Program-made: the position numbers and the translations under genes
In this document: positions 6,576 through 12,467 of the stretch, one piece after another
Numbering within the stretch: position 1 is the first letter of the stretch
Layout of the letters: every line of letters starts with the position of its first letter
Assembly: GCA_048882505.1 (NCBI GenBank)
Contig: JBHLRO010000031.1
Coordinates: forward strand, 1 to 12,467
Length of the DNA stretch: 12,467 bases
Source: Candidatus Thorarchaeota archaeon
GTDB taxonomy: Archaea; Asgardarchaeota; Heimdallarchaeia; Hodarchaeales; Hodarchaeaceae
Reading direction: 5' to 3'
Notes under the pieces: model-generated
The model's input: the letters and a program-made list of their open reading frames with translations, nothing else
Told to the model about the DNA's origin: nothing
Databases searched by the model: none

Positions 6576-7673
6576 TTATCCAGATTCCTGTTTCCTTCGA
6601 CCCATTCTTCTTCCTGCAAAGAGACCCAGAATAAACAAACTTGGAAGAATAACCTCCGTTCCATAGTACGTTCCCATTGTCTCCGTAATCTGGATTTCCA
6701 CTATTTCTATGCCCTTTCTTTGACTGGCAACATATGCAATTTCCCCCTCAACTTGAAATCCCAAGGGAGCCCCCCCTACTTCATGACGGCCTATTTCTGA
6801 CAAATTATAGGAATCCGAAATTTCAAATATTCTAAATCCTAATTCGAAATCTGAAGCATATAAGAATCCATCTAATACTGCCAAATTAGTAATAAAAGAC
6901 GATTCTGTTTCCGTAAAATGCTTCACCAATACAGGATTTGACGGTTGTGTTGAATTGAACACTTTAATTCCATTTGATCCTCCGGTATACCAACAATCTC
7001 GATAAATTGCTATACAGGAAATCTCCTCGTCATCTATCTGTCCAACTGCTTCAATATTTTCCCGATTATTGATATTTAATATTAGTAAACTTCCATTGTT
7101 GGCAAACCCGATTGATAAATCATTATATGCGTATGCATGATTAAATCCATTACCCTTAAATCTTATCAATTCGCTCAGCAAAGGAACGTTCGTTATATCG
7201 TAGATTTCAAAATCATTTATCCAGTTAGCTAGAAATAATAAATCATTATGAATAAAAATCCCTCCTGGTCGAGTATTTGTATAGGCGTTCGCTAATCTTG
7301 GATTTGAAGGTTCAGTGACATTAATGATTATTAATCCTTTATCATCTGCTGCCGCAAGCACATAATCATTGTAAACAGCTATTGAATGCCCGAGATAACC
7401 ATCTACATAATAATGGCCTAATTCGTAAGCATTACGTGGGTCAGCAACATTGTAGATATTCAATCCTGAATCTGATAACACATAGGCAATGTCTTCAACA
7501 ATTTCTATATCTTTAGCGCCTCTTCCTTCATTTAATTCATCAATTATTGTCAATTTGACGTTATATTTACTGGGTGTAACAGCAGGTTTAGCTGATGTAA
7601 AATATATTGAATTAGGAATCGCGATAAGCAAAACAGAGATGCTCAAGGCGCTTAATACCAGTTTGGATCTCAT
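6576..7673 (-). CDS. Secreted, C-terminally anchored LVIVD-repeat beta-propeller protein
   Basis: Signal-like N-terminus MRSKLVLSALSISVLLIAIP (ATG 7673). Seven LVIVD-type repeats (e.g. SIAVYNDYVLAAADDKGLIIINVTEPSNP). C-terminal hydrophobic segment followed by RRMGRRK. Confidence 0.85.
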   Translation of the reverse strand: MRSKLVLSALSISVLLIAIPNSIYFTSAKPAVTPSKYNVKLTIIDELNEGRGAKDIEIVEDIAYVLSDSGLNIYNVADPRNAYELGHYYVDGYLGHSIAVYNDYVLAAADDKGLIIINVTEPSNPRLANAYTNTRPGGIFIHNDLLFLANWINDFEIYDITNVPLLSELIRFKGNGFNHAYAYNDLSIGFANNGSLLILNINNRENIEAVGQIDDEEISCIAIYRDCWYTGGSNGIKVFNSTQPSNPVLVKHFTETESSFITNLAVLDGFLYASDFELGFRIFEISDSYNLSEIGRHEVGGAPLGFQVEGEIAYVASQRKGIEIVEIQITETMGTYYGTEVILPSLFILGLFAGRRMGRRKQESG

Positions 7674-7908
7674 TTGAAATCGAACAAAATCAGATTCCCC
7701 GATATAAAAAATCATAGAAAAAGGCATTCAATAACATTCTAGTAATAAGCAAAGAATCTTCAGGATCTAACATTACAGAAACTGTTGAACCATTTCTTCA
7801 CTCACACCCCTGCAGAATCGGGAATCGTTCCCAAAAGATCTGTTCAACTTACCTGAGATGCGATCTTTTTTCAAGAAAAGAAATAGTCCTCGTCATTGAA
7901 GGAAAAAG

Positions 7909-8937
7909 TTACGCTTCTCTTCTTTTTCCTAAGGCTATTATTGTTCCTAGAGCACTAATCAGAATGAATCCAGTCATTCCTGGGCTTATGGAAAAAGTAG
8001 GAGTACTTGTCTCATTGTTTATAGTAAATGGACTATCTGAGACATCCTCCATCAACACTCCTTCGGAACTGGTGGCTACTGCCTTGATTAAATAACTGAA
8101 CCCATTCGATACCATGCTCGTATTCCAAGAGTAACTGATAGTGGTGACGCTATTGGTTAACTCAGTCCATGTAGTTCCTTCATCCGAAGAGTAATAGAGT
8201 GTATACGCGGTGGAATGACTGAAATAATCAAGAGATGCCATCCATTCAACTGTTACTGTACCATTAAGCGTTTCTCCACCATTTGGAGATAATATTGTTA
8301 GAGGAGGCGTGTTTTCAGGAGGCCTGATATTTGGTATAATTGTACTATAGGCATTAACCATGGTTGGCAATCGGGCTGTCGTGACGATGTGATCTGTAGA
8401 TAGGATAACGTTATCCACATCATAGGCCACAAGACGCCATATAATTAGTTCACCGCCAGAAGTATGCGGAAAATCAGAATCCAGGAACCAACTTGTGACT
8501 TCAATCTCATGGACCATTCCTGTGCCGTCACCAGAAACTCCAGTCACATAATTGTTATATACGTACCTCCCCCCCGTCAGCTGCCCCAGACGGGAATAGA
8601 TTTCCATATGGGATTCGGTTCTCCCTAGTTCGAAAAAAGAAAGATTAAACGTAATACTTGAGTGACTAGTGCTAAATTGAAAATCAAACAAAATTTTTGC
8701 CCTTAAATCATATGCAGAGTCCAATGATTTCATTATAGTAAAATTGACGTTATGAAACGCATTCTCCGTGGTACCAACGGTAAAAGGTGCCGTATTTGAG
8801 GGTTTGATATCACGTTCTCCAAACAGAACGGGCCCTCCAGGCTCTCCAAATATCATCGACGTAGCCCAAAAACTCAAAAGTGAGACAAAGAGCACTGATA
8901 TCACAAAGATCCAGAGTATTAACCGCCTGGATACCAA
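7909..8937 (-). CDS. Cell-surface protein: unknown N-terminal domain + Ig-like domain + CTERM-like anchor
   Basis: N-terminal RR + hydrophobic helix. Ig-like segment PLTILSPNGGETLNGTVTVEW...LYYSSDEGTTW...YSWNT...DVSDSPFTI. C-terminus SPGMTGFILISALGTIIALGKRREA. Confidence 0.8.
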   Translation of the reverse strand: MVSRRLILWIFVISVLFVSLLSFWATSMIFGEPGGPVLFGERDIKPSNTAPFTVGTTENAFHNVNFTIMKSLDSAYDLRAKILFDFQFSTSHSSITFNLSFFELGRTESHMEIYSRLGQLTGGRYVYNNYVTGVSGDGTGMVHEIEVTSWFLDSDFPHTSGGELIIWRLVAYDVDNVILSTDHIVTTARLPTMVNAYSTIIPNIRPPENTPPLTILSPNGGETLNGTVTVEWMASLDYFSHSTAYTLYYSSDEGTTWTELTNSVTTISYSWNTSMVSNGFSYLIKAVATSSEGVLMEDVSDSPFTINNETSTPTFSISPGMTGFILISALGTIIALGKRREA

Positions 8938-9479
8938 TATCCTTCCTCTCTTAAGTTTTTGAAAATTGGTTTATTCTGCATTTATTAATTTTTGTATGTT
9001 CACAGACCTAAAGTTCTTCTGAAGTTTTTTTTTGGTGGGTTCTCACAACGTTAAACGACGTCGACATCCTATTCACTGTATCACAAAAAGAGGAAGAAGG
9101 GAAAAGTTCATTCCCACTCCCCAAAAGTGCTGTAATCTGCGTGTTACTTTGTTCAGAGTTATTCGACTTAGGGTAACAGAGCATAATCTGGGTTTTTTCA
9201 AACGGATTGATTGTACTCAATATCAGAGGGAAAAGAAAGGATTATTGAGGGGATGACTGTTCTTTGACTCTTGTTTAACGACAACGCACACAGCAACATA
9301 TAGCTCATGATGAATCCTTACTGAGTTTCCCTAAATACTTAAGAATTATATACGCCACACGGCGTCATAAAGAATATTATCTTGAATTTAATCTCCAAAC
9401 AAGTGGAAATTATTTGAATGGGACAAACCACATTTAGTGATTTTCATTATTGATCTTCGTTTGGAAAAATGCGATTATT

Positions 9480-9947
9480 ATGACGTTAGAAGAACTCATT
9501 AGTACAATGAAACGGGAGCGAAAACGGTGGGATGAGTTAATAAAGACATTAATCGATAGTGGATATGCAAATGAAATAATAAAAGATAAGTGGACTCTGA
9601 AAGATGTAATAGCACATATCTATTGGTATGAATTTGAAATTGTAAACGCACTAAGACAAAAATCGATAAAAAATATTGCTTTCTGGAATGAATCAATTAA
9701 AAAAAGGAATTTATCCATATTTAATCAAACAAATAGACTATCATTGGAAGAAATCTTAAAAGAAGCAAATAAGACTTTTGCAGGTTTAATAATTGAAGTA
9801 GAGAAGCTTTCAAACGATGACCTGAAGTCTCGGTCCTTTTTTAAAGATTCACGAAAAACAGTATTCAGATTGATAATGGGTAATAGTACTGGTCATTATA
9901 GCGAACATGATCATAAATTAATTAAGAGATTTAATCTTTCAAAGTAA
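9480..9947 (+). CDS. DinB/YfiT-like four-helix-bundle protein (ClbS/DfsB-like)
   Basis: WTLKDVIAHIYWYE and GHYSEH give the His + HxxxH metal-binding triad. Start ATG 9480 (MTLEEL); the track's TTG 9450 is less likely. Confidence 0.8.
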   Translation: MTLEELISTMKRERKRWDELIKTLIDSGYANEIIKDKWTLKDVIAHIYWYEFEIVNALRQKSIKNIAFWNESIKKRNLSIFNQTNRLSLEEILKEANKTFAGLIIEVEKLSNDDLKSRSFFKDSRKTVFRLIMGNSTGHYSEHDHKLIKRFNLSK

Positions 9948-9996
9948 GAATTTTTAATGAAAAGGGATAACAGATCATGAAAGAATTGGATTTGAA

Positions 9997-10205
9997 ATGG
10001 GCGTTCTTTTAGTGGGAATAATCGAAATTATTACTCCTTTCATGTTCTTATCCTATTATCGATATGAAAAGACTCAAACAAGAAGCCATCCCATCATTCT
10101 CTTTTCCTTTTTCTAATTTTAAAGCTATTATGGTTAATGACTTCTGCTATTCGCATTATGGGAATAATTAAGGTCATTAAGACGTATTCAGCTTTTCTTA
10201 GATGA
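9997..10205 (+). pseudogene. Frameshifted remnant of a multipass membrane protein
   Basis: MGVLLVGIIEIITPFMFLSYYRYEKTQTRSHPIILFS in one frame, then a -1 shift in the T-rich run near 10102-10112 to FLFLILKLLWLMTSAIRIMGIIKVIKTYSAFLR*. Further hydrophobic fragments follow to about 10330. Confidence 0.35.
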
Positions 10206-10383
10206 ATTTCGAGGATTTTTCTTTTTATTCCCATTTTTTGCGACAATTTTTCCTTAGTTTTTTTTCTGGGAATATCATAATAACCGTTCTTATATGCTAA
10301 CAGGAGAGATTCGAATTGCCGACGATGCTATGAGTCGTTAAGATATTCATAATCGGGGGAATCTCATCTTGAAGAATTCGACC

Positions 10384-11976
10384 TTAATTCATTCGTTTTC
10401 TGAACCTAAAGACCACCATTAACGACAGAATCAGGATAATAGGTGACCATGCCGGCGTAGTAGCGCTGGTCCATGTAGTTCCCCCAAAAATCACAAAAAT
10501 CATTCCTTTAAAATTGTCCACAAACGGCGCACTGATACTAAAATCCATGTACCCATCTTCATTGATGTCACCAAGACCAGAAACATCAAACCCGAAAAAC
10601 CCCTCTGGATCATAAGGATCATAGTTTCTGATTATCAAATCCGCCTGGGATAACGACTGATCCATGACCCATCCAGAGGCGGGCCCAAAGATGACGTAGG
10701 CTTTTCCTTTTCCTCCAGTGGCACCAATTAGGATATCGTCATACCCATCCCCGTTAATGTCTCCTGCCCCTGAAACCGAAAAACCAGCATTTTCATCAGA
10801 AACACCACCTTGAAAAGAAGCATTGGCATAATCAGCAGCAAACACCGTTGATGAAGTTGAAGGCCAATGAGTAGCGTTTCGGCCAAAAAACACAAAGACT
10901 TGCCCTGCTTGGGATCCACCCTCATTATCCATGTACGCCCCAAAGGCAAAATCGTCTAGTCCATCTTTGTTTATATCCCCTAATCCAGACATATATCTAC
11001 CTGCATACCCGCCAGGTTCGTCCTCCGTCGAAATCAAAATTGTCACATTGGCCACATCCTCAATAGGCACATTTTTCTGCCACTTATCTGACGATCTTCC
11101 AAAAATAAGGTAAACAACTCTTCCAGTCGGACTATTAGCACTTAGTAAAAAATCATCCAAACCATCATTATTCACATCTCCTACCCCCGCAGCATTTACT
11201 CCGAAGACTTTGAAACTAGGATTTCCTAGGAATGATGCAGAGGCGGCTTCTGTTATATTAGTTGTCTTATTCCAACCGTTTGAAGGCCGACCTAAAATAA
11301 GATAGGCCTTTCCAACATCAATGCCTGCCTGATCATTAAATTCACTGGTGATTACAATATCATCATATCCATCATTATTGCAATCACCGACACCATCTAT
11401 TCCATGTCCCATGTAGTCACCGACTTTTTCGGCGTTAAAAGTGGCATCAACATTACCCACGGGAGTACCTACGATCCAATCACTACTATTACCTCCAAAA
11501 AATAAATACGCTTGCGCCATTGTATTTGTGTTGATCCTACCTTGCGATAAATCCCATAACGAGGCCATAATAATGTCTGGAAAGCCATCCTTGTTCACAT
11601 CTCCGACCCCTACTGGATTACTGATTTGCATAGTTGACGCGCTATCGATTATGGTTGCATCGGCTTCCTCCACCGTATGATCAGACCATCCACCTGTATG
11701 GCCAAAAAAGATCCGCATCTCATCTCCCCCAATAAACAAATCATCAATAGTATCATTATTAATATCAATAGCGTGGGCCCCTGCTTGCTTTACACCCAAC
11801 CACTCTTGTTGAGTCGTTGTAATTATAAACCCCCCACCTTGCGATAGTATATCAGAAATCTGGATATCGATTCCTTCAACCGATTGAATTAATCCAGAAC
11901 TGGGATAAAATAGGTAACTACTAGGGATCGCCATCAATATTACCAAACAACTGACCGAAATCTTATTCTTCATCAT
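10384..11976 (-). CDS. Secreted, C-terminally anchored FG-GAP repeat (integrin alpha N-terminal-like) seven-bladed beta-propeller protein
   Basis: Seven DxNxD-type repeats (IDINNDTIDD, GDVNKDGFPD, GDCNNDGYDD, GDVNNDGLDD, GDINKDGLDD, GDINGDGYDD, GDINEDGYMD) with GKAY/GQVFVFFG strands. Signal peptide MMKNKISVSCLVILMAIP (ATG 11976 or 11973). C-terminus TTPAWSPIILILSLMVVFRFRKRMN. Confidence 0.9.
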   Translation of the reverse strand: MMKNKISVSCLVILMAIPSSYLFYPSSGLIQSVEGIDIQISDILSQGGGFIITTTQQEWLGVKQAGAHAIDINNDTIDDLFIGGDEMRIFFGHTGGWSDHTVEEADATIIDSASTMQISNPVGVGDVNKDGFPDIIMASLWDLSQGRINTNTMAQAYLFFGGNSSDWIVGTPVGNVDATFNAEKVGDYMGHGIDGVGDCNNDGYDDIVITSEFNDQAGIDVGKAYLILGRPSNGWNKTTNITEAASASFLGNPSFKVFGVNAAGVGDVNNDGLDDFLLSANSPTGRVVYLIFGRSSDKWQKNVPIEDVANVTILISTEDEPGGYAGRYMSGLGDINKDGLDDFAFGAYMDNEGGSQAGQVFVFFGRNATHWPSTSSTVFAADYANASFQGGVSDENAGFSVSGAGDINGDGYDDILIGATGGKGKAYVIFGPASGWVMDQSLSQADLIIRNYDPYDPEGFFGFDVSGLGDINEDGYMDFSISAPFVDNFKGMIFVIFGGTTWTSATTPAWSPIILILSLMVVFRFRKRMN

Positions 11977-11999
11977 TTTCCCGCCGTAACTTTCTCTCT

Positions 12000-12467
12000 T
12001 CAACCATTAATCAAGTTTAATCCTCTCTCCAGTTTTTTGTGTCTTTTGGTCCATGAAGTCAGAACTACAACAGCAACCAGGAGTGAAATAGGGCCCCATC
12101 CAGGAGTGGGAGTGGCGGTAGATGAGATGGCTGGAGTGGGGGCATTTCTATAGATTTGATGCCATAACATCATTCCGTTGGCATCTGTTTTCACCAACCA
12201 CATCTCAGGTATTGCCATACCAAACAACTCTTTCGAAAATGACTCCGTAAAGCCTGCGAGAGCAAATCCGCCATCTATCGTCTGAATCAGGGCAGATGCT
12301 CCTTCTGATGAAACACCTCCGTAGGTTTGATACCACTGGAACACTCCCTTGGCATTGGTTTTCACCAACCACATGTCCTCCCTACCAGCGCCAAAGTATC
12401 TATTAGTAGATCCTGCTAGAGCAAAACCCCCATCGGTCGTTTGAACCAAGGCATAGGCAATATCCTC
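12000..12467 (-). CDS. 3' end (partial) of a 'QTxDGGFALAG...WLVKT' beta-propeller-type repeat surface protein with CTERM-like anchor
   Basis: Frame is open to the window edge (EDIAYALVQTTDGGFALAG...). Two repeats of about 53-57 aa are visible. Ends TPTPGWGPISLLVAVVVLTSWTKRHKK. Confidence 0.85.
   Translation of the reverse strand, partial: EDIAYALVQTTDGGFALAGSTNRYFGAGREDMWLVKTNAKGVFQWYQTYGGVSSEGASALIQTIDGGFALAGFTESFSKELFGMAIPEMWLVKTDANGMMLWHQIYRNAPTPAISSTATPTPGWGPISLLVAVVVLTSWTKRHKKLERGLNLING
12187..12374. repeat. Intragenic direct repeat (17-nt exact copy GTTTTCACCAACCACAT)
   Basis: Copies at 12187-12203 and 12358-12374, 171 nt (57 codons) apart, both encoding MWLVKT. Confidence 0.85.

Noticed and set aside
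6368-6664. 98-aa minus ORF
   Set aside because: It overlaps both flanking genes and has no recognisable features.
10384-10410. FRFRKR tail as an integrin-alpha GFFKR motif
   Set aside because: It is only loosely similar, and basic residues after a TM helix are shared by all four anchored proteins here (positive-inside rule).
1192-11680. Other short track ORFs (1192, 2068, 2090, 2533, 4139, 4290, 4694, 4848, 7489, 8768, 9008, 9032, 9499, 10728, 10931, 11441)
   Set aside because: Nearly all lie within or antisense to better-supported genes, and none has a recognisable motif.
1-12467. CRISPR array, tRNA or rRNA
   Set aside because: There are no regularly spaced repeats with unique spacers, and no cloverleaf or rRNA-like stretch. 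The only direct repeats are intragenic protein repeats.

Overview
AT-rich, gene-dense prokaryotic window with no rRNA, tRNA, CRISPR array or intact mobile element that I can support. It is probably archaeal, possibly Asgard/Heimdallarchaeia-like; this is inferred from a GGTGA-type ribosome-binding site, TATA-like boxes and PGF-CTERM-like C-termini. The left half (1-6425) holds small metabolic/accessory genes: a broken squalene/phytoene-synthase-family gene, a metallophosphoesterase, a cysteine-free DsrE-family protein, a PEMT/ICMT-family membrane methyltransferase, a TIGR04076-family protein, a Nudix hydrolase, a class II glutamine amidotransferase, a double-ACT protein and a Zn-ribbon protein. 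The right half (6576-12467) is dominated by four minus-strand genes with C-terminal membrane anchors; the three complete ones also have N-terminal signal-like segments. They are a 7-repeat LVIVD propeller, an Ig-like-domain protein, a 7-repeat FG-GAP (integrin-alpha-like) propeller, and the 3' end of a 'DGGFALAG' repeat protein. Three of the four end in Thr-rich linker + P-[GA]-[WM] + TM helix + basic tail. A DinB-like gene and decayed ORF remnants interrupt this cluster. Several ORFs broken by in-frame stops or frameshifts are missed by the ORF track.
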